A stretch of DNA of 41,593 bases from a virus: positions 1 through 41,593 of IMG/VR virus record IMGVR_UViG_3300020595_000003; one strand, 5' to 3'. The first letter of the stretch is position 1, and the number at the start of each line of letters is the position of its first letter. Positions 1 through 7,763 of this stretch are shown piece after piece. The position numbers and the translations under genes are program-made. The notes under the pieces are model-generated. The model had not been told where the DNA came from, made no database searches, and worked only from the letters and a program-made list of their open reading frames with translations.

Positions 1-127
1 AAGGTGTACCTACAGTGTGGTAAGCAGCGTTGGCTTTACCAGTCACTGGGAAGGACGCTGATTTACCTGACGCGATGGTGCGTGAGACGTGCAGGTCCTT
101 CATTACGTTTACTTCGTCAAATGCGGT
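1..127. repeat. Exact 127-bp terminal redundancy of the window (copy 1), identical to 41467-41593
   Basis: Base-by-base comparison shows the first 127 nt equal the last 127 nt. The repeat falls inside the capsid gene and its length equals a common maximal assembler k-mer, so it is read as a circular-contig overlap. Confidence 0.9.
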
Positions 128-235
128 TAGAACTTCACCGGCAAAGACTTTAAGGAACAGAGCCGAAGCTGCTGCGTTGTCTGCTGGGGTCGCCTTGTTG
201 ACAACACCCAAGCGTGATGGGGTTACGTTGGTCAT
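1..235 (-). CDS. Major capsid protein, N-terminal part; the gene wraps the junction and continues 41466->40739, about 320 aa in total
   Basis: Hand translation upstream of the track start (M at 103 = 41569) stays open to the ATG at 235-233: MTNVTPSRLGVVNKATPADNAAASALFLKVFAGEVLTAFDEVNVMKDL. The ALFLKVF.GEVLTAF segment matches the T7 gp10 N-terminus. Confidence 0.85.
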   Translation of the reverse strand, partial: MTNVTPSRLGVVNKATPADNAAASALFLKVFAGEVLTAFDEVNVMKDLHVSRTIASGKSASFPVTGKANAAYHTVGTP

Positions 236-377
236 TTTATAAATCCAAAATTATTGTAAGGGGAAATGACTGTCGTTATGTCTAAGCGTGGTTGTCGCTC
301 GCGAGCGGCCCCGTTGTTCATAGTTGATAGTCCGTCTGCCTAAGAAGGCATGACATTTGACCCATTAAGGATTTGTT

Positions 378-701
378 ATGTTTTGGAAGTTTTTCAATCA
401 GTGGCTCGATCCATTCATCGATGGCTCATATGCAGATACTTGGACTAGTCTTGGTGTAGCGTTCCTGCCCCCCGCAGTGGTGATTGCTATAATCTACCAT
501 GTTTACTCGCTTTGGGAGGAGGGAGATATACTACCTATGTTCCTCGTCTACGCTGGTGGCATCGCTGGATTTGCTTCAGGATATTACATTACTCAAGGAG
601 ACGGCCCTTTTTGGTTAGCCCTTATCAGTCTTTTTGCTTGTATTTTTATGGGCCTGAATGTCGTTGGTTCAGTTGGTCATAGGGATAGGAACGACAAGTG
701 A
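378..701 (+). CDS. Small integral membrane protein (about 3 TM helices), an opposite-strand insert between scaffold and capsid
   Basis: The 107-aa ORF has an AAGGA SD 7 nt upstream of the ATG. Three hydrophobic stretches are visible: LGVAFLPPAVVIAIIY, ILPMFLVYAGGIAGFASGYYI and FWLALISLFACIFMGLNVVGSV. Confidence 0.6.
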   Translation: MFWKFFNQWLDPFIDGSYADTWTSLGVAFLPPAVVIAIIYHVYSLWEEGDILPMFLVYAGGIAGFASGYYITQGDGPFWLALISLFACIFMGLNVVGSVGHRDRNDK

Positions 702-719
702 CGGGGGATTAACCCCCCG
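702..719 (+). terminator. GC hairpin (CGGGGG-loop-CCCCCG) just after the membrane ORF, followed by a loose T-rich tract
   Basis: A 6-bp G/C stem sits directly after the stop at 701. The downstream sequence ccagattatttactttttcttt is T-rich but not contiguous with the stem. Confidence 0.35.
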
Positions 720-728
720 CCAGATTAT

Positions 729-788
729 TTACTTTTTCTTTGGTGGACGACCTACTTTTTTACCGTAAGCCCCTTTTCCTTTTGGCAT
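729..788 (-). CDS. 19-codon highly basic micro-ORF (MPKGKGAYGKKVGRPPKKK)
   Basis: Hand translation; an AAGGA SD lies 7 nt upstream of the ATG. It is below the ORF-track length cutoff and there is no homology evidence. Confidence 0.2.
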   Translation of the reverse strand: MPKGKGAYGKKVGRPPKKK

Positions 789-800
789 CTTAATATCCTT

Positions 801-1493
801 TTAAAATACTGAGGACCGACCGAGCTTGTCTTCCACGTCTTGAGTGTACGCGGTGTCTTTGCCGTACCGTGGGTCCTTCATCGCAGCTACTACTTCCGCA
901 GTAGAACGAAACTCATCCTTGGATGGACCCTGAGGTTTGCCAGAGAGCAGGGAAGGCTCTGAACCTTCTACTGCTTCACGCTTAGATTGCAGCCACTCGA
1001 CCGCCATCTTTGCATTCTCAGTGCTTGTCCCAACCATCTGGTTGTATAGTTCTAATTCGTTTGTCGCGAGACTGTCTCTCGCCCAGTCAGTTAACTCTTG
1101 ATAACCGTCTTTTCCGCCAGCGACTTCCATCACTGCGTCTGCATCTGCTGTCTGAGCGGATTGCATACCCTTGATGTAGGTTTCCACCATTTCTTTCGGG
1201 TAACCCATAGTCTCAAGTTCTGCGTAGCTTTCCTCGCCTAACTCACCAGAGCTAGCAAATTCCTCAGAGAACTTATCGAAACTTGGAGGTTCACTTTTAG
1301 GTGCCTCAGTCTCAGGTGCAGTTTCATCTGCAGGACCAGAGAGTTTCTTTTCAAGTTCACTGTAAGATTTTGCTAGGTCTTCGGGAGAGCTAAACTTTTC
1401 AGGCAACCATTCAGGACGTTCAGATTGGTTATCCTCAGCAACGGGTGCCTCTGGGCCAGTATCGTCTTCTGTGATTGTGATGCTTTCTGCCAT
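801..1493 (-). CDS. Scaffolding protein (T7 gp9 position)
   Basis: The 230-aa protein is very acidic and Glu/Ala/Ser-rich, and it lies between portal and capsid as in T7. Confidence 0.6.
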   Translation of the reverse strand: MAESITITEDDTGPEAPVAEDNQSERPEWLPEKFSSPEDLAKSYSELEKKLSGPADETAPETEAPKSEPPSFDKFSEEFASSGELGEESYAELETMGYPKEMVETYIKGMQSAQTADADAVMEVAGGKDGYQELTDWARDSLATNELELYNQMVGTSTENAKMAVEWLQSKREAVEGSEPSLLSGKPQGPSKDEFRSTAEVVAAMKDPRYGKDTAYTQDVEDKLGRSSVF

Positions 1494-1495
1494 AT

Positions 1496-1636
1496 TTAGT
1501 AATCGATCCGTGTAATTTTGGATACGCCTTTAGATACGGCAGGTGCAGCCAGTGGTTTCTTTTCAGGGGTAGGGGTTGGCTTAGCTTCTACAGCTTTAGC
1601 TTTCTCCTCCGCCTTGTTGTCTTTGGGCTTCGACAT
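1496..1636 (-). CDS. 46-aa Lys/Ala/Pro-rich small ORF filling the portal-scaffold gap
   Basis: Hand translation gives MSKPKDNKAEEKAKAVEAKPTPTPEKKPLAAPAVSKGVSKITRIDY. An AGGAA SD lies 6 nt upstream. The ORF overlaps the portal 3' end and stops 2 nt before the scaffold ATG. Confidence 0.3.
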   Translation of the reverse strand: MSKPKDNKAEEKAKAVEAKPTPTPEKKPLAAPAVSKGVSKITRIDY

Positions 1637-3149
1637 AAGAGTTTCCTAATGCTTTAGCGCCTTCTTGAATTGCAGACGGTCCAGCTTGCATTAACATTTG
1701 TTGCTGCTGAGCCTGTTGCTGTTCTTGGGCGATTTGTTCTTGGGTTTTAATCAAGCCTTCAGTCTCAATTCCGAGGGCTGTGGCTCGACGTTTTATGTAA
1801 TCTTGTAAGTTGACGTATTGCTGAAGAACCTCTGGTCCTAACGCTTGGGTCATACCTTGAATAAACATGTCCAGTTTACGCAGGTCATGGCCGCGACCGA
1901 GTGCTTCCATACCTGTAACGATAGTAGGTTTGACCACGTTCTCAGGCAGCTTTGGAAGTTTCTTTGCTTTGGTTAAAACCTCAATCTTACGGTTAACGTA
2001 AGGTAGCTGAAATTCTTGCGACAAGATCGAATAGATACCTGACAATGTGTCTTCTAACTCACCGGCGAGGTAACGAATTTCCTCTGCGGTCACCCGCTCA
2101 CCGTTACGTTGAACCGATGATTGCAGCATGAACTGCTGAGACAGACGCTCTTCAATTCCCTGCATTGCCTGATAGGCCACGCGGAAGTCGTTGAACTTGT
2201 CCATCTGAAGCACTGAAACATCGTTGCGATTGCCTTCGATGATGGCAGTGTTTTCAGCTTGCGCGATTGTGCGCATACGTGTTGTGCCGTTTGGGTTCAC
2301 CATAAAGAGAACCTTGGCTGCAGCTGCAGCACCTTCAACGATAGCTTGGGACAGACCCTCGAGGGACCTGAGGTCACCCAGAAGCTCTTCTACAAACCCG
2401 CGCCCATAGTCTTCACCGTCGATGCGGGAAAAGCGGAGGGGCAGGAAGGGTACGTTGTTTTTCTTGTATTTGCCTTTGGAGCCACTGACGACTGTGCCTT
2501 TGACTTCTTGGTATACGTTGAAGAACTCGTTTTTACGTTGAACGTGAGTGTAGACTTCAACAGTCTTTTCATCACCTTCCAGTTTGCCAGAGATATTAGC
2601 GGCAGTCGCTTTATCCAGAGCGTTAGGAGAGACATGCTCAACAGTAACGATTTCGAGGACTTCGCCGTTGGGTGCGCGAGAAACAACGTAACTGTCTAAA
2701 TGAATTACGCGTGTTTTCTCGGGGCCAACTTGTAGGAGGACATTACCGCCTACGATTAGATGTTTAAGTGCTTCATGTACCGCTACTCGGTCACCAGACG
2801 TTTCAATCTCCGACATAACTGCCCGCTCATACTCACCCAATTGTTGTTCAATCTGGGTTCGTGCTGCTTCATCTTCGGCCAAATCCTTTAAGGTGTAAGG
2901 CTCAACCATGAAACGGAAGAAGGGGGAGTTCGGTGGCATCAGAGCAAGAGATAGCTTCGATGCTAGGTTGTTCACTCCACGCGCACCGATACCTTGAAAC
3001 GGAGTGTATAAATCACTCGTCTCGTTATGGGCATCCTGCGGTATTAGGGAGGGAATTGTCAGCAACGAGCAGTCTCTTGCTCGATCTAGATATGATTGAC
3101 GCGACTGTTCGAGTTGGTGGTAACGCGCTTCAGCGGTTCCCATACTCAT
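1596..3149 (-). CDS. Portal (head-to-tail connector, T7 gp8-like)
   Basis: The 517-aa ORF sits upstream of scaffold and capsid. It has a Gln-rich C-terminal tail and T7-type synteny. Confidence 0.85.
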   Translation of the reverse strand: MSMGTAEARYHQLEQSRQSYLDRARDCSLLTIPSLIPQDAHNETSDLYTPFQGIGARGVNNLASKLSLALMPPNSPFFRFMVEPYTLKDLAEDEAARTQIEQQLGEYERAVMSEIETSGDRVAVHEALKHLIVGGNVLLQVGPEKTRVIHLDSYVVSRAPNGEVLEIVTVEHVSPNALDKATAANISGKLEGDEKTVEVYTHVQRKNEFFNVYQEVKGTVVSGSKGKYKKNNVPFLPLRFSRIDGEDYGRGFVEELLGDLRSLEGLSQAIVEGAAAAAKVLFMVNPNGTTRMRTIAQAENTAIIEGNRNDVSVLQMDKFNDFRVAYQAMQGIEERLSQQFMLQSSVQRNGERVTAEEIRYLAGELEDTLSGIYSILSQEFQLPYVNRKIEVLTKAKKLPKLPENVVKPTIVTGMEALGRGHDLRKLDMFIQGMTQALGPEVLQQYVNLQDYIKRRATALGIETEGLIKTQEQIAQEQQQAQQQQMLMQAGPSAIQEGAKALGNSYVEAQRQQGGGES

Positions 3150-3157
3150 TCAGTTTC

Positions 3158-3382
3158 TCACTTGTTAATTTGGAGACCAGTACCTTTACCGAGGTTACTC
3201 ACGGTAGGGTCTAGGTCGACTTTAAGCTGGGACGTACCTTTAGCTTTGTTTTGCACTGCACCTTTTTCAGCTGCCATGCCGCTCTCAGGGTTACTTGGGT
3301 CATACATATTTGTAAGGACCGGATTTACAGCAGCGGGGGCTGCTGGTGGGGGTGCTGGTTCAGGTGAGCCGCCAAAGCACAT
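3158..3382 (-). CDS. Small virion-associated protein, T7 gp6.7-like
   Basis: The 74-aa ORF lies immediately upstream of portal. Its MCFGG N-terminus resembles the MCFSP start I recall for T7 gp6.7. A GGAG SD is present. Confidence 0.45.
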   Translation of the reverse strand: MCFGGSPEPAPPPAAPAAVNPVLTNMYDPSNPESGMAAEKGAVQNKAKGTSQLKVDLDPTVSNLGKGTGLQINK

Positions 3383-3384
3383 AG

Positions 3385-3561
3385 TTATTCTCCTAAGTGA
3401 GAGGCCAATTGGTCCTCATGAATTTGATTTAATAGTTCGACAACCGACCGCTGACCTCCACGCCACATAAGCTGCGAATGGTCTTCATCTTGATGAGGGC
3501 TTTTCTCGGGAAAGCGCGTATTCAGTTCGTCGATTAGGTCATTGGAAATGAATGGAAACAT
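3385..3561 (-). CDS. 58-aa hypothetical protein (not in the ORF track)
   Basis: Hand translation gives MFPFISNDLIDELNTRFPEKSPHQDEDHSQLMWRGGQRSVVELLNQIHEDQLASHLGE. A GAGGA SD lies 6 nt upstream of the ATG at 3561, and the stop lies 2 nt before the next gene. Confidence 0.55.
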   Translation of the reverse strand: MFPFISNDLIDELNTRFPEKSPHQDEDHSQLMWRGGQRSVVELLNQIHEDQLASHLGE

Positions 3562-3580
3562 TTGTTATCCTCTTTAGTGC

Positions 3581-3613
3581 AACAAACAAAACTTGCCCTA
3601 ATGAAAGGACAAG
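3581..3613 (-). terminator. Hairpin plus U-tract (CUUGUCC-8nt-GGGCAAG-UUUUGUUUGUU on the minus strand); also U-rich on the plus side
   Basis: A 7-bp stem (one G-U pair) is followed by a T-rich run. It lies between the plus-strand island and the structural module. Confidence 0.4.
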
Positions 3614-3647
3614 TTTATCGTTTGAGATGTTTGAGTTAGGGGCGTTG

Positions 3648-4133
3648 ATGAGACAAATTTTATTGAGTGTTGTTTTTGTTTTGTCTGGCGTTGCGCAAGT
3701 AAATGCGCATCACACCGATAGAGAATCTTTTGGCGAGTTGTATACCGAGGATGACACCATATCACGGTTCTTTGGCGCTAATCTGTCCGAGTTTTACAAA
3801 CCTTGCGACGTAAGTAGTTTCGTTGAGCTCTTACGAAATATATTGAACGGTGTACCTTCTGACGTATCCTTGCACTTATTCAGTAAAAGTTACGAGGGGG
3901 CGGGATTGTTCTCGGATAAAGACGTACATGCAAGTATTTACGCCAGATTTTTGAATCAGCTACATCTAAGCGAGCAAGGACAATCGAAGTCTACACAGAA
4001 AGCCTACGATTCACTGAGCAATGTATACGATAGTTCTGGTAATCGTATCTACATGACCAAAGCAGAGAAGGACATTATCGTTACAACCTTCTTTGCTTGC
4101 GGCCTTACTGGCCAGTTTGGCTCAAGCGAATAG
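3648..4133 (+). CDS. Secreted/periplasmic protein of unknown function (moron-like)
   Basis: An internal ATG of the 193-aa track ORF gives a classic signal peptide, MRQILLSVVFVLSGVAQVNA|HH. The upstream part of the track ORF overlaps the minus-strand 58-aa gene. Confidence 0.6.
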   Translation: MRQILLSVVFVLSGVAQVNAHHTDRESFGELYTEDDTISRFFGANLSEFYKPCDVSSFVELLRNILNGVPSDVSLHLFSKSYEGAGLFSDKDVHASIYARFLNQLHLSEQGQSKSTQKAYDSLSNVYDSSGNRIYMTKAEKDIIVTTFFACGLTGQFGSSE

Positions 4134-4134
4134 G

Positions 4135-4176
4135 TAATCACTCGCAACTTTTTGGCCAGTATTAACGCCAATGTAA
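4135..4176. repeat. Degenerate duplicate ('ghost') of the RNR gene 3' end
   Basis: 37 of 43 aligned positions match 4570-4612, with one 1-nt indel. The reverse translation YIGVNTGQKVASD compares with the authentic RNR C-terminus YIDANTGQKSCE*. Confidence 0.8.
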
Positions 4177-4188
4177 GGAGTAAACATT

Positions 4189-4572
4189 TTGAAACAGTTT
4201 ATGCTTGGATTGGGTGTGGCCATGTTGTTTGGTAACACGGCTACCGCTGAGTATGCTTCTTGGAGTTGTAAGGCATCCACCGCCCAGTACACTATTTTTT
4301 CGGACAAAATGGTTATGATTGACATAGATGGGGATGTGATTAACTGGACTTGCAAAAAGGGATTTTGCGTTTTTATGAAACAAGAAACCGAATTCCAAAG
4401 GGACTATGTCAGTACAGCACAAATACTTTACGAAAAGCCTGAAGATGGGTCTAAAGCAACAAAACCCCTAGAATTAAGGCACCACTTTTTTGCGCGTGGA
4501 GCAGATGGCACTATACACATTAGTCCAACAACAAATCATTTGATAGAACCCATAAATTGTGAGGAATTTTAA
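4189..4572 (+). CDS. Secreted Cys-containing protein of unknown function (moron-like)
   Basis: A TTG start lies 8 nt after an AAGGAG SD. The signal peptide is MKQFMLGLGVAMLFGNTATA|EY. The stop codon directly abuts the RNR stop codon on the other strand. Confidence 0.6.
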   Translation: MKQFMLGLGVAMLFGNTATAEYASWSCKASTAQYTIFSDKMVMIDIDGDVINWTCKKGFCVFMKQETEFQRDYVSTAQILYEKPEDGSKATKPLELRHHFFARGADGTIHISPTTNHLIEPINCEEF

Positions 4573-4612
4573 TCACTCACAGCTTTTCTGGCCAGTATTA
4601 GCGTCGATGTAA
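4570..4612. repeat. Authentic RNR 3' end, partner of the ghost copy at 4135-4176
   Basis: See 4135-4176. The two copies flank the 4189-4572 cassette as direct repeats. Confidence 0.8.
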
Positions 4613-6276
4613 CAAGCCTCTGCGGCTGGTTTTTCCTCAGCTTTAACTTCATTGAGAATGCCATAGCGTTTGCCAGCTGCGCGGAATGTTGTGATGCCTT
4701 TGCAACCAGCTTTCCAAGCATCAAAGTATAGGCTTTTGAACTCGTCATAGCTGACGCCATCACCCACGTTGCAGGTCTTTGAAACAGCACTATCCACGTA
4801 TTTTGAAGACAATTCTAAGACTGCTAAGTGGTCCTGTGCTGAAATCTCATTGGCTGTTCGTCCATGAACACCTTGGCGGTACGCATAGTCTTCAACACGT
4901 TCCACTTGGAAGCCATCAAACTGTTGGATGGTTCGGTCGTAGAAGAGAGAGAAGGGCGGCTCAATGCCACTGCTGACGTTATCGGCGGTGAGGCTGATAG
5001 TGCCTGTAGGTGCGATAGAAGTGAGGTGTGAATTGCGAATACCATTCACCCGTATCTTTTCTTGAACCCACTCTGGCAGCGTCTGGATGAACTTACTCTT
5101 TAAGAATTTATCCGCATCATAGAGTGGGAATGAACCTTTCTCTGCAGCTAGCGTTGAGCTGGTGAAGTACGTGTGGTCACGCAGTGTGCTTAGGATACCC
5201 TCCGCAAACTTCATAAACTCAGGTGAAGCATAGGGATGCCCACACATCTCAGCAGCGTTGGCTAAGCCTGTGATGCCGAGACCCATCCGACGCTTGTTCT
5301 TAGCCTCAAGTTCCTGTGCTGGGAGAGGGTAGATGGTGCGGTCAATCACGTTATCCATAGCGCGAACTACGGTTGCGATGTCCGCCTCATACTGTCCCTG
5401 ATTAAAGACCCCATCCTCAACGTACTTTGTGAGATTGAAAGAACCGAGCAAACACGCACCGTAGGGCGGCAGCGGTTGTTCACCACATGGGTTTGTCGCC
5501 TCAATAGTCTCACAGTAGTAGAGATTATTCATCTTATTGATGGTATCGATGAACAAAACTCCTGGTTCTGCCCAGTCCCAAGTGGACCGCATAATCATAT
5601 CCCAAAGGGCTACAGGGTCTACTTCGCGGTGAACTTCCCGATCAAACCTCAGCTTGAATGGCTTCTTCTGTTCAAGGCATTCCATGAACTCATCGGTCAC
5701 GCCGACTGAAATATTAAAGCCCGATAGCGAACTGCCATCGTTCTTTGTCGTAATGAACTGTTCAATGTCTGGGTGGTCGATACGGATGACACCCATTTGT
5801 GCGCCTCTACGGTGACCTGAGGATGCGATAGTCTGGCACACTGCATCAAATATCTGCATGAATGAGACGGCACCGGAGGCTTTGCTTTCCAGTGATTTGA
5901 TACGGTCACCTCGTGGGCGCAAGCGGCTGAAGTCGTATCCGATGCCACCACCACGGCGCATCGTTTCCGCAGCTTCTGTGGCTCGCTGCATGATGCTGTC
6001 CATGCTGTCATCGATAACCCCAGACACAAAGCAATTATACGCTGTGGTCTGACGTGCAGCACCCATCGCATTCTGAACGCGTCCAGCAGGAAGGAAGCGC
6101 ATGTAGCGCATAGCGTCCTTAAAATCCTCGAAGTGATGTGGGCCATCTTTAAGAGCGTCAGCAATGCGTACCACCTTGGCATAAAAATCTTCGCCAGTTT
6201 GGCGATATTTGAGTTGGTCAATTTCCTCGGAGATAGGCAGGGATGGGCCATAAGGTTGATTGTGTTTATTGTTCAT
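4573..6276 (-). CDS. Ribonucleotide reductase, probably class II (B12-dependent, NrdJ-like)
   Basis: The TNPCGEQPL active-site motif is present, along with a C-terminal Cys pair (ACYIDANTGQKSCE). The protein is 567 aa and no beta-subunit gene is in the genome. Confidence 0.8.
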   Translation of the reverse strand: MNNKHNQPYGPSLPISEEIDQLKYRQTGEDFYAKVVRIADALKDGPHHFEDFKDAMRYMRFLPAGRVQNAMGAARQTTAYNCFVSGVIDDSMDSIMQRATEAAETMRRGGGIGYDFSRLRPRGDRIKSLESKASGAVSFMQIFDAVCQTIASSGHRRGAQMGVIRIDHPDIEQFITTKNDGSSLSGFNISVGVTDEFMECLEQKKPFKLRFDREVHREVDPVALWDMIMRSTWDWAEPGVLFIDTINKMNNLYYCETIEATNPCGEQPLPPYGACLLGSFNLTKYVEDGVFNQGQYEADIATVVRAMDNVIDRTIYPLPAQELEAKNKRRMGLGITGLANAAEMCGHPYASPEFMKFAEGILSTLRDHTYFTSSTLAAEKGSFPLYDADKFLKSKFIQTLPEWVQEKIRVNGIRNSHLTSIAPTGTISLTADNVSSGIEPPFSLFYDRTIQQFDGFQVERVEDYAYRQGVHGRTANEISAQDHLAVLELSSKYVDSAVSKTCNVGDGVSYDEFKSLYFDAWKAGCKGITTFRAAGKRYGILNEVKAEEKPAAEACYIDANTGQKSCE

Positions 6277-6605
6277 CGGTAGTCACCATTGCCTTTAAGT
6301 TTCCCGCGCTTTTGGCGGGATGCGAGTTTGTCCAAGTTGTCTTGGGCAAGATTTGAGAGGGGTTTGTTATGAAGCCGAGCAAACTCGGAGATGAACCAGA
6401 GGACGTCTCCAGCTTCAGCCAATAAAGCTTCAGCAGGGTATGCTTTGCCCTCGTTATCGTTGCGTAGCCACTTGGCTAAATGACCTGCCAGTTCACCACA
6501 TTCGGCCATCAAGCCCATGGCTAAATATTCGAGGGCAGCACTGTCTGGGTATATGGCGGTCTTGGCTGCGTGGGTTTGGTACGTGTCTAAGTCCAACCCC
6601 ATCAA
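6273..6605 (-). CDS. mazG: MazG-like nucleotide pyrophosphohydrolase
   Basis: The 110-aa ORF carries the ECGELAGHLAKWLR ... EAGDVLWF pattern typical of the MazG fold. Confidence 0.8.
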   Translation of the reverse strand: MMGLDLDTYQTHAAKTAIYPDSAALEYLAMGLMAECGELAGHLAKWLRNDNEGKAYPAEALLAEAGDVLWFISEFARLHNKPLSNLAQDNLDKLASRQKRGKLKGNGDYR

Positions 6606-6841
6606 AGGTCAGTCTCATTGTTGAGCATATTGATGCGCATTTCACAGTAACGCATCGCTTTGCGCAGGTCTGTGATTTCAGATTCAGTCTCGTCTTTGCC
6701 CTCATACGATTTATGCCCTGCACGGCAGACATACTTGATGACGTTGCCGCGCCAGAAATCGATTTCGTTGGTCATTATGAACTCAATAGGTTCAACAACG
6801 TACTGCGTGTAATGGTCGGGTTGGTTAATTATATCATCCAT
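6602..6841 (-). CDS. DUF3310-family phage protein
   Basis: The sequence QPDHY..EPIEFI...FWRGNVIKYVCRAG.K......DLRKA..Y resembles the DUF3310 signature. Confidence 0.55.
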   Translation of the reverse strand: MDDIINQPDHYTQYVVEPIEFIMTNEIDFWRGNVIKYVCRAGHKSYEGKDETESEITDLRKAMRYCEMRINMLNNETDL

Positions 6842-7563
6842 GGAATGACCTTCCTTGTGGTTGTGTCAAAGTCTGAGGCACGACAAATCCGAGCGACTTG
6901 CGCTTGGACCATTGCCACTTCTTCTGAAAGTTTCTGTTTTTTAAAAGCGGCCAGAGTTGCCTCCCAAAGCTGAGCAGTGGTTGTGCAATCCTTTAAAATT
7001 TTTTCCGCAGTTTTGGGGCCAATCGTCGGACATCCCGCGTAGCCATCGACAGTGTCACCAGTCAGCGTTTGGAGCATGTGGTTATAGTCAGCTTCAAATT
7101 TTGTGATGCGCTTTGCCTTGATGTCTTTGGCTGGGTTGAACAGCAGACAGGGGATGGTCTTAAGGTCTTTGTCCTCTGAGACGATTGTGGTGTTGTCAGG
7201 GTCTGATGTGGCGTGGATGCCCAGTAAATCATCAGCCTCAAGGCCATCCTCTAGGACAGCTTTGAGTTCTGATTGCATCCAATCACGTAGGAAGTTGAGA
7301 AGCATAGGCTTCCGCTTCCCCACGCGATTGGCTTTGTATGTGGGCAGGATGGTTTTTCGCCAGTTGTTTTCGCCTGTGAGAAACAACTCTAATTGGCCGT
7401 GACCTAGATTGTGGTTTAGCCTGTCGAGGTAATTGAGGCAGTGGTCGATGGCCTCGTGTTCATAGCTATGCAAAGTCCAAAGACCATCACCCCAGTCGAT
7501 TGGGCGTTCACAGCTTGTGGCTGCTTTAAACGCTACAATGTCAGCATCAACGAGGAACCTCAT
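6829..7563 (-). CDS. 5'-3' exonuclease (T7 gp6-like, FEN/PIN fold)
   Basis: Acidic clusters are present: FLVDADIVAF, GLEADDLLG and VSEDKDLKTIP. A helix-hairpin-helix-like GCPTIGPKTAEK segment is also seen. Confidence 0.8.
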   Translation of the reverse strand: MRFLVDADIVAFKAATSCERPIDWGDGLWTLHSYEHEAIDHCLNYLDRLNHNLGHGQLELFLTGENNWRKTILPTYKANRVGKRKPMLLNFLRDWMQSELKAVLEDGLEADDLLGIHATSDPDNTTIVSEDKDLKTIPCLLFNPAKDIKAKRITKFEADYNHMLQTLTGDTVDGYAGCPTIGPKTAEKILKDCTTTAQLWEATLAAFKKQKLSEEVAMVQAQVARICRASDFDTTTRKVIPWMI

Positions 7564-7763
7564 TGCAGCTTACCTCCATCCATCGAATGGACTTTTGCTG
7601 GCTGCCGCTGCGTTTTAAGCATCATGTTTAAACAAATGCTTGCTGCTGTTGTTGCTAGTGCTTGGAGTTGTTCGTTTTCTGTTTTGCCCGATGCGACGGT
7701 TAAGCCTCTAATGGCTTCGGACATCGTGGCGAGGACGGCTATCTCATAATCAGGCTCATCCAT
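7560..7763 (-). CDS. Hypothetical protein
   Basis: The 67-aa ORF has 4-8 nt overlaps with both neighbours, which suggests coupling. No motif was recognised. Confidence 0.4.
   Translation of the reverse strand: MDEPDYEIAVLATMSEAIRGLTVASGKTENEQLQALATTAASICLNMMLKTQRQPAKVHSMDGGKLQ

Noticed and set aside
1-127. Biological direct terminal repeat
   Set aside because: The repeat lies inside the capsid ORF and is exactly 127 bp, a common assembler k-mer size. True T7-type terminal repeats would lie between TerL and the early genes.
30-242. 70-aa plus-strand ORF at the window start
   Set aside because: It lies antisense to the N-terminal part of the capsid gene, which is clearly homologous to T7 gp10 on the minus strand. 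It has no SD.
5697-6251. 184-aa alternative-frame ORF inside the RNR gene, and similar nested ORFs (15893-16414 in RNAP, 33421-34047 in the gp16-like gene, 2259-2699 in portal, 6440-6973 across MazG/DUF3310)
   Set aside because: They are nested in or antisense to genes with clear homology. They have no SDs and non-protein-like composition.
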